64,000 bases of DNA from NCBI RefSeq assembly GCF_009914755.1, contig NC_060941.1; one strand, given 5' to 3'. Below are positions 1-15,554 of the stretch, in pieces. The translations under genes were made by a program, and so were the position numbers. Below the pieces are notes generated by a model. That model had not been told where the DNA came from. It searched no databases and saw only the letters and a program-made list of their open reading frames with translations. This DNA is from the human T2T-CHM13v2.0 reference genome, Homo sapiens. The number at the start of each line of letters is the position of its first letter. The stretch's first letter is position 1.

Positions 1-229
1 AAAATCAGCAAGGCTCTAGCTTTAAAAGTTCTATCATCTCTTATCTGTAGTCTTTTTTTTGTACTTTTTATAAATATAGAAGTTCAAATCTGCACAAAGA
101 TGTATGTTTTCACGCTGACATCTTTGACATTCTTTGATCTTTTCATGCCTCCATGTATATATTATTTGAACATGTGTAAAACCTTGCAAATTAGAGGGAA
201 ACCAGATTATTATCCTGTATTCAAAATTC

Positions 230-1927
<1,698 letters not shown>

Positions 1928-2239
1928 CGTTCATTCTTACAGTAGCAATGTTATGTTTGTCCAAAATGAAGAGTAGAGATGGCGTTTATCAAATACAGAG
2001 TGGATGTTTATTCAAACTCTTTAGTCCTGAAGTTGAGAGCCAGCTTGACTGTGTCCCCATTTTCATTAGTGTGCGCTTGGTGTTAACTGTGAGTTGTAGA
2101 GTCTGCATGTTTCTAACTCTTGCTAGTTTTATCAGAGAAGCTGATTAATACTGATCCTTCATTGACTGCCCCTGGCTTGCCCGCCCTACTAGCTACCATG
2201 GTAACTCAGACTTAGGGGCCCTCTAAAGTGACTCCTGCT

Positions 2240-2480
2240 TTCAACATTTTCTTTTTGGCTGTCTCTTAAATGTCAAGGTTCTGTGGACCCTACCTTTGTC
2301 CTCTTTTCCCCTCATTCTCTACACTTTCCATTGTTTCTGTCGCCTTCATACACGGCTTCAACCATCTCTTATATGCAGAAGACTCCCCAAGTCAGTATCT
2401 CCAGCCCAGACATTCCTCTTAAATATAAAACTGGACATCTCCATGTGGCTGTCCCTCAGCTGATCAAACAGAGCATGCAA
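2240..2480 (+). mobile_element. L2 fragment
   Basis: gcagaagactccccaagtcagtatctccagcccagac...ctggacatctccatgtggctgtccc resembles L2 core. Confidence 0.6.
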
Positions 2481-2910
2481 AAAAATGATTGACTGCAAAA
2501 GAAGCAGTCTTAATCAAGCTTCATTACCCAATTTCTGGGTTGAACAAATTCACGCCATCCTCTCTGTAAGTCACAGTGACAATGGCAGCAGAGCTCTGCT
2601 GAGCTCTGGTACCACATCTACCCTTCTGTTTCCACCGGTCTGTGCTCTGCAGGAGTGAGTGTGGTTACTCTCAAACTTGGTTATATAAGTAAACCTGGTA
2701 CTAAGACTTGTCCTGTAAAATAATGAAATTTGAACAAGAAGGGCGTTGATGCTCTGAAAACCATATTGGAAGCTTTGTAAAGAATTTGATAAAGTGAACT
2801 TACTTAAAAAAATGCTGCAAAACTGGATATGCTTTGGTTAACTTTAAGAGCGAAGGATTAAAACAAAGAAACAAACAAACAACAAACCTCTGTTAAAAAA
2901 CCCTGAGAAC

Positions 2911-3212
<302 letters not shown>

Positions 3213-3425
3213 AAAACCCTGAGAACTTTTAATTTAGATTGCTTTACAAGTATCTATAAGTTTCCACTCTACTTCAAAGATATCAAAACTGGGAATTATA
3301 GATGATTCATTACGGGTATTGCTTCTGTGAGAAAGGTGAGGTAGAACTCCCCACTAGCTAACTTGTTCAAAGGCCTTGGCCCTATATCAAATGATTGGTG
3401 ATTGATTGATACATTTGAATGTTAA

Positions 3426-3779
<354 letters not shown>

Positions 3780-4515
3780 AATTTTCAGAAATTATTCTCC
3801 TATCATTGATCTCTTGATCAATTATGAGTCCTGATTTATCGAATCAGAGGGCTTGTATTATTTGTATCTTTTATTCCCAACATCCTAGCAGAAAGCCAGG
3901 ATGCAGTCCAAGCTCTGTGAAACTTGAGCTGCTGAGCTAGCTGCAAAGGCTGGCTTGGATCTGTACTGTAATGGCTCTATATAATTCTCTAAGATTCTCT
4001 TGTGGTTTCTGCAGACACAGAAGAGGGGGCATCTTTGGGGAAGTTTCCATTTTTAGAGAAGGTTGTTGGTAAAGCCTTTTTAGCTCATAGTATTTACACT
4101 TTCTACTTCATTAAATGTCCGTATTTGTCATCATGATTCCCAAGCACTTGTCGGTTCCTTTCGGTAGGGGCAGTACATTTGGCACAGCTTAGAGAACTAC
4201 CCTTCATTTTCCCCATTAGCTATAATCTAAGACAGAATCATCCACATGGACACAACTTTGTAAAGGGCAAATAGACAACATATTAGAAATATTAAATATG
4301 AAATAGTACTAATATATTAGTAAAATATAAGTGTACATACCCTGTTTAATCACTGGCCTGAACTCAGTGGAATTCTAATGGAAATAGTTTTTTATTTTTT
4401 GCTCTAAATGATGCCTCCAATCTGACTTCCAGCCTCATTTTTCTGTTTTTTAATAAATCTTGAGCACAGACCATAATTTTCAGGTGATTCTTCACTGTTA
4501 AAATTAAGTCCACGG

Positions 4516-4813
4516 GGCCAGGTGCGGTGGCTCATGCCTGTAATCCTAGCACTTTCGGAGGCCAAGGTGTGCGGATCACGAGGTCAGGAGTTCAAGACCA
4601 GCCTGGCCAGCATGGTGAAACCCTGTCTCTACTAAAAATACAAAAATTAGCCGGGTGTGTTGGCAGGCGCCTGTAGTCCCAGCTACTTGGGAGGCTGAGG
4701 AAGGAGAATCACTTGAACCGGGAGGCAGAGGTTGTAGTGAGCCGAGATTGAGCCACTGCACTCCAGCCTGGGTGACAGAGTGAGACTCTATCTCAAAGGA
4801 AAAAAAAAAAAAA
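4516..4813 (+). mobile_element. AluSg-like
   Basis: Full Alu, ggatcacgaggtcaggagttc; poly(A); TSD AAAATTAAGTCCA. Confidence 0.95.
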
Positions 4814-4824
4814 ATTAAGTCCAG

Positions 4825-5295
4825 GGATGTCTGCTCTGGCCATGATGGAGTAACTAGTACTAGATTTATCCTTCTACCAGAAACAACTAAAAAATAAGAG
4901 AAAATATATGAAACAAGGGTTTTTGGACATTAGAAATCAGGTAGCAGAGGACAGGGATCAGAATGGGGGAAACAAAAAAGGGTGAGCCCTATGATGGCCC
5001 CAGCTTACTGCCTGGAGAAAGTCTCCAGGCTGCAGCACAGGGAAAGGAACTCGGGCAGAGCTGATGTTCTCCTTGTGTTGAAAAGACAGAGATGGGAGTG
5101 TGGGAACGCAAGGCAGCTGGATATCATAGGGCATGTATACAAGAGAGAAGGGGGATTTATGGAGAGAAAGCCCCAGAGATCTGCAGAGGGTCCCCCTTGA
5201 GCCTTAGGTGAGAGCTGAGTAGCTCATGTACGTGAAGAAATGTCCCCAAAGCTGGGGAAAGAACCACCTGAAAGGAGTAAAGGAAACAAATTCCG
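4825..5295 (+). mobile_element. Old L1M 5'UTR fragment
   Basis: ctgctctggccatgatggagtaac...ggtgagccctatgatggccccagcttactgcctggag resembles the L1M4-class 5' end. Confidence 0.7.
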
Positions 5296-5419
5296 GTGTT
5301 CAGGATTTGAGGGTATATTAGAGATACAAAGGAAGATGCGGAAAGACCAGGGACTCTGGGCATCAGCAGGACATGGATGAGGAACTGGGTTGTGGAGGAC
5401 TCGTCTTTGGGCAGAGATC

Positions 5420-5594
5420 TTGCTCCATTGCCCAGGCTGGAGTGTAGTGGCGTGATCATGGTTAACCACAGTCTCAATTTCCTGGGCTCAAGTGATTTCC
5501 CTAAATAGCTGGGACTATAGGTGCATGCCACCATACCTGGCTTAATGTTTTTAAATTTTTGGTAGAGACAAGGTCTCACTACGTTGCCTAGGCT
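5420..5594 (-). mobile_element. Partial AluJ
   Basis: Diverged Alu right arm, linker and start of left arm (cctgggctcaagtgat). Confidence 0.85.
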
Positions 5595-5617
5595 TCAGTG
5601 TCCTTTTTAAAAATAGA

Positions 5618-5932
5618 TTTTATTTTCATTTATTTATTTTTTTGAGACGGAGTCTCACTCTGTCACCCAGGCTGGAATGCAGTGGTGCAATCTCGGCTCA
5701 CTGCAGCCTCTGCCTCCAGGTTCAAGTGATTCTCCTGCCTCAGTTTCCCAAGTAGCTGGGATTACAGGTGCCCACCACCACACCTGGCTAATATTTTTGT
5801 TGTTGTATTTTTAGTAGAGATGGGGTTTCACCATGTTGGCCAGGCTAGTTTTGAACTCCTGACCTCAAGTGATCTGCCCGCCTCGGCCTCTCAAATTGCT
5901 GGGATTATAGGCGTGAGCCACTGCGCCCAGCC
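5618..5932 (-). mobile_element. AluSz/Sx
   Basis: Full Alu; TSD taaaaRtagatttta. Confidence 0.95.
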
Positions 5933-5934
5933 TA

Positions 5935-6110
5935 AAAGTAGATTTTAAAGTGGAATGCAACATACAAATAGAAATGTACACAAATCATAGTGTGCTCATT
6001 GAGTTTTCACTAGCACACTTGTGTAAACCAGATTATGAAATAGTTCTCCAGAAGCTCCATTTGCACCCCTCCCAATCATTAACACTGCTCCCCTAAAGGC
6101 CACTATCGCC
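5935..6110 (-). mobile_element. L1M 3' end fragment
   Basis: aacatacaaatagaaatgtacacaaatcat...cacacttgtgtaaaccagatt typical antisense L1M 3'UTR. Confidence 0.6.
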
Positions 6111-6799
6111 TCCCACCCCCTGTCCATCATCATCACCAAGGCAAACCTTCCTCCTCAGCTGGGCCCATTTACAATCCCCTCTGCAGTTGCTGCTTCTCTG
6201 GCGGACACTGCCTGGCTTAGTGCTGGGTGGCAGGTATCCAAGTGCTGGCTGTCTTAGGGGTACTGCTTGAGTTCTTTGGAAGACCCTGTGGGGTCTCCCC
6301 ACTGCCCAGTTCCCTGACACAGGCTCTCTGGCTCTGGACTGATGTCCGTTCTTCGTCAGCTCCATTATTAAAGTCTGCTCGCCTGGCAGGCAGCCCTCTT
6401 GGTGGGGTACTGGAAAGATGGCTTGAGCCCAGCTACATTCCACAGTGTCCATTCAACCATGGGAAATTCATGCATCCTGGCCATGCCAGTGGGCCAAAGG
6501 CTGCTCCACGACCCCCTCCCATTTCCCTCCACTTCTCTTTTCTCCTGTTATTAAGGCTATGATGGATGGAGATCTCCAACTGGAGAGTGGAATGCTGGTG
6601 CCAGTACCCCTTCCTGCAGGCCCCCATCATTACTGTAGGAGACGATCTTGGATAATGCCCCTCGCTTGGCTTTGGGGAAGAGTGAGGAAGGCCACTGCTT
6701 GTCACGAGGCTGACAACGGCCTGTGCGTAATCAATTTTCCTCCACTCATTCTCCTTTTAAAGGGGGGCAAGGTAGGGAGTGTCTGTGGAGCAAGGGCAG

Positions 6800-7347
6800 T
6801 GTTCTAAGGGTACCTAGGATTTATTTTACCTTGGTGTGGTAAGACACACAGACGGGGAAATGACTGTCATGAAAACAGTTTTTATACTCACAGATCTGTA
6901 GAAGCAGGGGGCACTGGATGCCATGTAGGGCCACACAGGGAAGCACCAGGTGGGTCAGGAGGCAGAGGGAGAGGGGGAAGTATAAGTAAGGGCCTTTACT
7001 GGGGTTTCCACAGAAGGAACAGGTGAGGCAGGGTGAGCAGGGTTACGATCGGCTAGTTTGCATGATTTCAGCAGGCTCTGGGGCATGGGGCTGTCCCTAG
7101 TTGTCTGGGACCTGGCCCTGGGGGGATTAAGGGCAGGTGGAGTGTGGCCCAGAGTGTAAGCGCCCAATAGAGGAGGTGGCTGGGGATGGAGGCTCTGGAT
7201 TGGTTGGTTCGCATTTGAAAGACATGCTCAACCTGACTCATTTACTGTATCTAGGAATGAGCTAACCTTGGGAGGGGCAGTCCCAAGGGTCAGCAAAGTC
7301 CCAAGAAGCCAGAGCAGCCAAATGCAGAAAAAGACACAATTAATAAA
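6800..7347 (-). mobile_element. ERVL-type solo LTR (MER76/MER54/MER88-like)
   Basis: TG start; ggcctttactggggtttcc, ggctagtttgcatgatttcagcaggctctgggg, gattggttggttcgcatttg resemble this LTR group. Confidence 0.65.
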
Positions 7348-7376
7348 GCCAATCTCATTATCTCATAGTGAGCTCT

Positions 7377-7403
7377 GGGGGGCCAGGGGTGGGGGTGGAG
7401 GGG
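7377..7403 (+). other. Canonical G-quadruplex motif
   Basis: GGGGGG-CCA-GGGG-T-GGGGG-TGGA-GGGG. Confidence 0.6.
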
Positions 7404-7614
7404 TTCTGGTTGTTGTTGGGTCTTTTTAGAATGTATGTTACTTTTTACCTCTTTGTCCTCAGCTTTGGGGTACTGGCTGTTAATTCCGAGATGACAGGAA
7501 ATATCTCAACATTCTGCTATATAGTGATTAGTGAAAACATGACATTGCATACTATCTGACTTTCCTATTAGAAATTAAAGCAGCAAATGCTGAAATGGTC
7601 TACACTGTTGACTG

Positions 7615-7985
7615 GGGCTCAGGGTCCAAAGATTCTTTGGTTGCAAGCAATGGAATTCAACTGGTTGATATCAACAAAACCACAATCTGTGAAATGTGTG
7701 TAGAGTAGCTCAAGGGGAAGGAAAAGTGACTTTCAGGCCTCTGAAAGGCAGAGAGCTACTGTTGGCTTCCAGCTGCCACAGCATTTTGTATGCCCAGGAG
7801 TCAGGTTCCAGGGAGGGAGGATCCTTGGCCAGAGGCTTGAGGTTCGGGGGGATCTTTGATTGACATTCTCATCAAGACTGTGTCATAAAGATCGAGGAGT
7901 GATTTCCCAGAGGAAAATAAAGGGCTAGTAACAAAAGAAGAGGCTATGAAATCTGGGTTGGAAAAACCAAAAGATGCTCATTACA
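7615..7985 (-). mobile_element. Old MaLR LTR (MLT1K-N-like)
   Basis: gattctttggttgcaagcaatggaattcaactgg start typical of antisense old MLT1. Confidence 0.55.
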
Positions 7986-9224
7986 GGTAGACAGGTGCAC
8001 ATAAAGAGTCCAGATGTAGCTTCAGAAAAGCCATATTTGAGCTCCTTCTCTGTCACTGATTATTTTGGTCATGATTTTTATGGACTTCTTTGTCCACCTA
8101 TAATATACAGGTATTTAATACCTACCTTACCATATTGTTGAGACAAGTAACTATAAATGCTATAAAAATGACAAGCCGCTATATGATTCGTACCACATTA
8201 GTACAAACTACGTCATTCCTTGTGTTCCTGAGTTGCCATCATCTCGTAGATGGTGTGTGTTCTTGTCACTTTGTATGGATTCCCTATGAAGGCACTGATT
8301 TGATAGTAAAGCATAAAAACTTTAAACGTCCCATGGAAATGCAAGCATGTCCTAGTCTAATACATTTTTAGGCTCTGAATCCCCACATGGAGCCAATTTG
8401 ACATCCAGTTGTACATCTAAAGTACCGTTAAAAACCCAACCCTTTATTTACCTAGATTCTCGATTTATCTTGAAATGAAAAGCATTTGCATGGAGAGAAC
8501 TTCGTGCTTTTCAGCATGCAAAATGTCAAACAGATCTTATCTGACCTGTTGCTGCCCCCGTGCACAGCCCTGAGTGGCTCCAGGATCTGCGTTGACAATA
8601 TTCCAACGTGTTCAGCTGATGTGCCAAAACCTATTGAAAACCCTAGGTCTGGATTGTGCTAACAGCACCCTTTCAAATTCTTGAAATCCAGGCACATCCT
8701 GGGAGGAAAGAGGCCTGCGAGGTGTCTCACTTCTCTTACAAGAGGGATGGGTGAGAAATGAAACCTCCTGGGATCCAGACAAAGCCTTGGGTATTGCTAG
8801 AGACATGTGTTTTGCTAATGGACAGACAATTTTGCATAGAGACATTCCAGCTTAACCTGGAGCTGTGCTCTCTGCTGGGATGCTGGCCCTTTCCCATGGG
8901 GGCCTTTGCTTGAGAGTCTAAGGACTTTCCAGTGAGAAAACTGATTCTGAGTGAGTACGAGGGTCAGGCACATTCTTCGTTGCCTTTAATAGTTGTTGGA
9001 GGAATGAGTAATTCTGAAAGCTGAGTGTGTTATTTATATTTATTTCCTAGCCCGATCTCCCCATGGTTGAGGGGTACTGGGGGGAAGTGTGGATTTCTAG
9101 TGTGTGTTGTGGATGTGAAATAAATCTCAGTGACCTATAGTCTTAAGGAAGGCAAGACACAAATGGCGTGGCTTTGGTGCTGGAGTGAAACAGCCAAACG
9201 GTGAAGCAGAGAGAGAGAGAGAGG

Positions 9225-9725
9225 CTGTTTCAATGATCTGTTTCTGCGGGACAGTCTATTCCAAAACAGTGGCTTAACACAACCACCATTGTATTAGTTC
9301 TTATGGTTTTGTGGGTGAGGAAGTTGCGCAGGCCCCGGCTGGGTGATTCTTTTGCCTCAAGTGGCGTCTGTTGGGCCATGTGATGGTATCTAGCCAATGC
9401 TTTTCTAGGCTAAGATGCCTTCATTTACATCCCCGGCACACTGGCAGGGATGGCTGGAATGCTTGGCTCAGCTGAGTCCTGCTTCTTCTCTGGAGCCTCT
9501 CTACTTGGTACTGGGAGGATACTCAGCTTCAACCTGGCAGCTCAGAGCTTCAAGAGACCAAGGCAGCAGCTGCCAGTCCTGTTCCAGGCTGAAATGGAGT
9601 GACTTTCACATTCTCTCTTGGTTAGAGTAGTTGCAGGCCAGCCCGGATTCGAAGACAGAGAAAGTAAGCCCAGCTTTAGTGAGAAGGAGGGTCAAAGGAG
9701 TTATGGTAATCTTTTATTTTCCATA
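9225..9725 (-). mobile_element. MaLR LTR (MLT1H-like)
   Basis: aacagtggcttaacacaaccaccatt...ggttttgtgggtgaggaag...ggctgggtgattc. Confidence 0.7.
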
Positions 9726-10339
9726 CTGGCATTGTCTCTTCTTCTGCAGGCAGTTTAGAGTAGCTACGGCCTAGGGTGGGTTCCTAGGAAAGCAGTGTTG
9801 TCCCTGAGATGGTAGAGCCTGGTTGTTGAGTATAGACAGTGCCCTGATGAGGTAGCTTGCCTGTATGTGACGCGGGGTTCCCCTCATGCAGTGAGGGAGG
9901 GAGAGTGGCCGACGCAGGTGTTAGCTGACTGGACTTGGGTGTATCACATGGAGACACCCTTTGGGAACTCCCAGAAGTACTTGGCGGGTGGGAAGGTTGT
10001 TGTACAAAAGCTCTATACACCCTCTGCCTGGACCTTGATGTACAAAAGCATATAAAGGCAGCAGAGTCTGGGATATTGCTGTTCATGTCATACTCCATCA
10101 ATATATCCTCTCCACCTTACGTGCACACCCACTGGCAGATATGGTTTGTGCAGAAGTTGATTATGTGTGTTGAAGATTCAGCGCTAGCCTGACAGTTTCT
10201 TGAAGTCCTGTCCCTCAGAGGGCAGCAATGCTGTGCAGGCATGGCTCATCAGACCCCAGTCTCACCTCCGTGGTGACATCACCCGGGATGTAGTGAATCC
10301 CTCATGAACACCAAGCTCCTTTTATTGAGGGCTCACTCC

Positions 10340-10485
10340 TCCATATTGCACTTTCCTGTTTAGTTCTCACAGCTCCATTGAACTACGGAATTCAGACTCT
10401 CATTTGTACAGATGAGGAAACAGAGGCCGAGAAATGTTAAGTGATGTGCCAAGCTCACAGAGGGCAAGCGGATCTGAATGTCTGA
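10340..10485 (-). mobile_element. MIR
   Basis: MIR core acagatgaggaaacagaggccgagaaatgttaagtga. Confidence 0.85.
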
Positions 10486-10638
10486 CTGCAATTGTCTTTC
10501 TTGAAGGACTCACCTCACGAGGAGCCCTTCCAGGCACCAGCACTGTAAGCTCTCTAAGAGGAGTGTGCTTATTTTTCCTCTGCTGCCAAGGTGTCCTCTA
10601 CCCAAGCTCACAAACCTGGTAATGGCGCCCTTTCACTT

Positions 10639-10947
10639 CCTTTTTTTGTTTGTTTGGAGACAGAGTCTCACTCTATCCCCCTCGCCCAGGCTGTACTGCA
10701 GTGGTGTGATCTCAGCTCACAGCAACCTCCGCCGCCTCCCGGGTTTAAGCGATTCTCTTGTCTCAGCCTCTCAAGTAGCTGGGATTACAGGTACCTGCCA
10801 CCACGGGTAGCTACTTTTTGTATTTTTAGTAGAGACGGGGTTTTGCCATGTTGGCCAGGCTGGTCTTGAACTCTTGACCTCAGGTGATCCACCCACCTCG
10901 GCCTCCCCAAGTGTTGGGATTACAGGCGTGAGACACTGCACCCAGCC
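10639..10947 (-). mobile_element. AluSx
   Basis: Full Alu; TSD CCCTTTCACTT. Confidence 0.95.
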
Positions 10948-11959
10948 CCCTTTCACTTTCTTTAGCCAAGAATCTGGTGGAATTCCTGCAAGACAAATGC
11001 TCTTTGCGTGTCATGTTTCCTAGTCTGACATGGTCCTGCCGGGTTTCAGCAGGTCTCATCCATCGTGAGATGATGCTAAAGGAGATCGAAGCAGGGTCTT
11101 TTGGTTTCTAATTCCTTTTGTTTCTAAAACAGCCTCGCTTAAGTTCTCCCACTGGTGGACTCCCAGGAAAAGAGGTTGGTTTTTCGGGCTTTTGATTGAG
11201 CTTCTGATCATAGATTCTGCTGCACACATGGGAATTGTGATGGGGACGTACCCAACTGCTGACTGGTGTCTTTGCCCCACACAAAGATTTCATCCCTATT
11301 GTTTGGGGCATTCTCTATTTTTAAAAACTGTCATCCCTCAGATGGCACATCTATTGCTATTTCTTCAAAATCCATTTGAAGAAGTCGTTTTTAAATGTGT
11401 TGGTGTGTGTTCAGAGTTCAGTATCCTCCAGAAATCAATTTTGAGGAATTCCACCTCCAAGTTCTACCTCCAAATAGTTGGAACAGGTTGGAGCTCCAGC
11501 TATTGCCTGGCAGTGCACATAACTGGGCAGCTGACAGCTGAAGGCTGTCATCAAACCTTCCGCTTTTATCCCACCCTTCCTTCCTCTCTCCCTTGCCTTC
11601 TCTTCTTGCCCCTCCACATACCTTACAATACCCACAAAAGTAAAACTCTGCAAATGTTTGGGGTCCTGGTATAAAGTGAGAATGAGCTCCTGTCATGTGC
11701 CATCCAAACAACCAAACTCAGTCTCCTCTATCTTCCCTGCTTTCAGCTGATTGTTCTTGCTGGCACACAGCTGTGAGATACAGTTTCTCCACTGGAAAGC
11801 CTTCCCCATTGCATATGGTGGACAATCCATTGTGTTCACATGCATTCAAGGATCTTCGCATTCCCACTCCAGCTTGTCTTTCAAGGCTTACCTCTCCCAT
11901 GTTAGGACAAACCAGACTATTCACCTTCTTCACAATGCTTTCGACCTCTGTGCCTTGCT

Positions 11960-12340
11960 GGTATTATTTGTCTGTCTAGAATGCCCTTCTTTACCATATT
12001 TCGTTGTCAAAAGCTAACCAGTTTCTCTAAGCCATGCACAAATTTTTGTCTTCTCAGAGAATCCTTCCTTGAATTTCACAGCCTGAGTAAATCTCATATT
12101 TCTCTATGTTCTCATAGCATTTTCTAAGTACCTTTTTTATAGGCCTTCTTACATTCTTACACACAGAGGCTGGCATGCTTGGAAATGTTTGCTGAGCTGT
12201 GAATCAGTTATTTGTGTGCGTGACTAATTAATTACTGATGTTCAGGTTTGTAATTTTAGTTCAGAGACTATGCTCTTGCTTATCTTTGGGGCCTTTTCTG
12301 AAAACCAGTAGTAGGTGCTCAATAATTGCATAGAGTTAAA
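11960..12340 (+). mobile_element. Degenerate L2 3' fragments
   Basis: tgtctagaatgcccttc..., gtagtaggtgctcaataattg. Confidence 0.45.
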
Positions 12341-13919
12341 TGATACTGGTTAGCGCACATATTTCTTTCCTTCTGGAATTGATTTAAATTTTCTTAAAAT
12401 GTTTATAATTTTCAGTCATTTAAAAAAAGAGACAAATTTTTGCTATTCAAAAGTAGACAATCCCTGGTTTACATATTTGTTGAATAATTGGCCCATGAAT
12501 CTGAGGCACGAATTTTTATTTCAATGTGAGCATGGCATTTACTGCCACTGGGTGGCAGTGTACCCCAATTACAAGACTGTCTAAGTGACTACTAGACCCT
12601 GATAAGTGCTAAAATTACAAACCAGAAGTTACAAAGTGACAGTCTGTAACAACTCACATCTAGATTCTATTTTAGTGACAGAGATTCTAGTACAATACCA
12701 TAATACTTAAATACTTCCTAAAATTAATATCTTCGGGTATGTCACTATTCTCCTGTTGAATATGTCTTAATTATCTTGTACTTATGGATATAGAATAGAG
12801 ATGTAAATCTTATGGAGAATTGCCAGAAAATTAACCACTGGCAACGTTTTATGAAGGATGTTTTAAATGTTTAAGATAAGGTGTTCGCATATGGCTACAC
12901 AGGTTTAACCCCTCACTGTGATTTCCAAAATCTGTGCAGAAGGAAGAGTTCTATGTACATTTTCTACTCCAGAAAGTAGTGCAAATATGATTCTGAAAGT
13001 AACAAGGAACATTCTGGAAAAATCAAAGCCCACAAACCCAGGAAGCACCAGCTGTGGGAGTGTTGTCAGCAGGGGCAGTTTGATAGTCTGTGGGAGGAAG
13101 CAAAGGTGATTTTGGAAGCTGGGTCTGGATACGAGTCACATTTTCTAAACTCGCATTTGTCCTTGCACATGCTAGGTCATGTCACTCAGGTTGTAACCAG
13201 AAAAGATGAAGCCGTGTTTTGCATTTGAGGGGAGTGGTGGAGAGAAGCAGCAGCAGCAAGATCAGGGACCTGCAGAATCAAGAAGCTTCTCTTGGATGAG
13301 GAACTAGGTTGCTGGGGACTCGTCCTTGGGCAGAGTGCATATTCTTGGTGTCTCCTTTTATGTAAGATTTTTGCTACTGCAGAGGTAAACGGAGCTGCTT
13401 AATGGTGCCTTTATCTGCCAACCTAATTTCAGAGCTAAAGTTGGGAAGCTTGAGTGTCGTGGGAACACTGGGAGTGGCAGTCATTAAGCACTGCAGGGTT
13501 ACCGAGAGGCTTGTCTTCTTTGTTCAAATGACTTAAGACAAACTAGGGAAAGAACATGACTATATATTTGATGCTTAGAGGAATCTGATTGCACAAAACT
13601 TTATTGATAATCAAAATTTATTTATAATTATATATTATAATTTAAATATATTATAACACATTTTGTAATTCTATTATAATGATTTACATCTTGTAATTTA
13701 TTTATAATTAAGAGGGCACCTTCATGTGGGGAAAGTTGGCGTCTTGTAAGGAGAACATTTACTAAGGCCATATCGTATCAGCTGCAAGACCTGCTTTGAG
13801 CTCAGCATCATTTAGCACCATTAGTCCAGAATCCTTCTGGCTAATAGCTCTTGCACTGACAAATGAAATAACAAACAACACAAAGTGCTACTCTTACAGA
13901 ACCAGCGGTGTGATTACCA

Positions 13920-14110
13920 GACTCTTATGGGTCCTATTACATAGTGAGTTCACTTAATCCTCCCAACACCTGTATGTGACAATTGTGATAATCTCTGTTG
14001 TAAAGATAAATAGCACGAGGCTCAGGGAAGTTAAATAACCTGGTTAAGCTCAGACAGCCAGCCAGCTGTGAAACTGGGACTCAAATCATTGTTTCTGATC
14101 CAGCCTTGGT
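13920..14110 (-). mobile_element. MIR
   Basis: ttaatcctcccaacacc...gaggctcagggaagttaaataacc. Confidence 0.8.
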
Positions 14111-14544
14111 TTTCCCAAGGTGATCAAACTTTGGAGGACAGATGGGCCACGGGAGGAGGCGAGCAAATGTTTGTTGGCACGCCAGCCACACTGCACAAGT
14201 CCCAGAGATGCCATTCGGATAGGATATCACTGCGCATGCTCTATTCTGAGACTAGTACCCCTGAATGGGGGCAGCACCGTGAGTCTGTTTGTTTGACTAC
14301 CTTCTGATGTTGTCAGGGATAATTCAAGAAGCTACCATTTTTGCATACTATAAATTATATTGTCAGAGCCACAGTAAATAATTATGTCCACCTCTCTGGA
14401 GTGTTGAGGTGTTTCCTTGATCAGTATCTTGATTTTATCTACCTGCCTGGCTCCTAGAAACTAAACCATTTGAGATTTTCTTAGTCAGAGTCTATGGTGA
14501 CATTCCTTGCATATGCAGGCACCAAATAAGAATAAACTTAATGG

Positions 14545-14745
14545 TTAATGTGGAATAACTGTTTATTACGTGCCAAGTGCTTTCCATACACTGTCTCATT
14601 CAACCATCACAATGAGTTTTTCCTTAACTCTTTGTTTTATGGGTGAGGAAATGGAGTCTTAGAGAGACGAACAGGCTGCTAAATGACAGAGTCAGGGCTT
14701 GAACTCATGACTCCACAGCCCATCTCTAATCAGTACTCTCTGCTA
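14545..14745 (-). mobile_element. MIR
   Basis: gtgccaagtgctttccatac...gggtgaggaaatggag. Confidence 0.75.
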
Positions 14746-14834
14746 CGTTGGTTAATGATGCAATTTTACTTCAGGGGATGGAGATAATATTGTCAGAAAG
14801 GACTTACTAGCTCAAGGGAAACAAGTCCATCTGT

Positions 14835-15100
14835 CTTAGAAAGTCCAGCTTAGACAATTTTTGAACCATACTAAACTGTATAACAATCTGTTCACCACCA
14901 GCTGTATGATCTTAAGTACATTATTTAATTTTCCTGTGCCTGTTTTCTCATCGGTAAAGTAGGGATAATAATAGTAACTACTTAATATTACTGCCAGGAG
15001 TAAATGAGATAATGTACGTAAAACACTTAGCAAAATGCATGGCACATAGCATTAATAAATGCATTAATAAAATGCTTAATAAATGTGAGCTATCATCAGC
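14835..15100 (+). mobile_element. MIR
   Basis: ctgtgcctgttttctcatcggtaaagtagggataataatag...taaatgagataatgtacgtaaaacacttagc. Confidence 0.85.
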
Positions 15101-15554
15101 AGCAGTGGCATTGTCACCATCATCCTTAACATTAGGTAAAAGCTACTTACATTTTAGCTACTGTGCTCAAGAGGAAGCAAGAAGGTAAAAATGATGTTAA
15201 GTCAATAAAACCAAGATACAAAGACAATATCTTTTGAGATTTGACATGTAAACAATGAGCCTCTTCAGGAAACAGAAATGGTTGAAGACCCTAAAGACCA
15301 AAGTGTCCCAAGGACCCTACTTGGGGAAGGTGTCTTTGAGTTCAGCTGCAGAACTTCCTGAGCATTCTGGAAGTTCCTCACCATCGCTGCATTTGGACCA
15401 GATGATGTGAGAGTCTCAGGTATTCCTCGCCTAATGGGTGTTTGCTGTTGGAAAGCTCACGTATACTTCCACTTAAAAAGTTTGTTGTGTAAATCCAAGA
15501 TCTTTCTCAGAGAGAACAGTATCAGCAGGAGAAAGCTATCCTCAAGATTGGAGC

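Noticed and set aside
6093-6807. Cluster of overlapping 90-120 aa ORFs in a GC-richer unique stretch
   Set aside because: No recognisable domain and no coherent splice signals; ORFs on both strands are expected at this GC content.
10208-10230. CTCF-like motifs (ccctcagagggcagc here; also ~6900, ~8550, ~36440)
   Set aside because: Only partial matches by eye; a PWM scan and ChIP data would be needed.
11192-11674. 160-aa ORF
   Set aside because: Non-ATG start and no protein-like features; likely chance.
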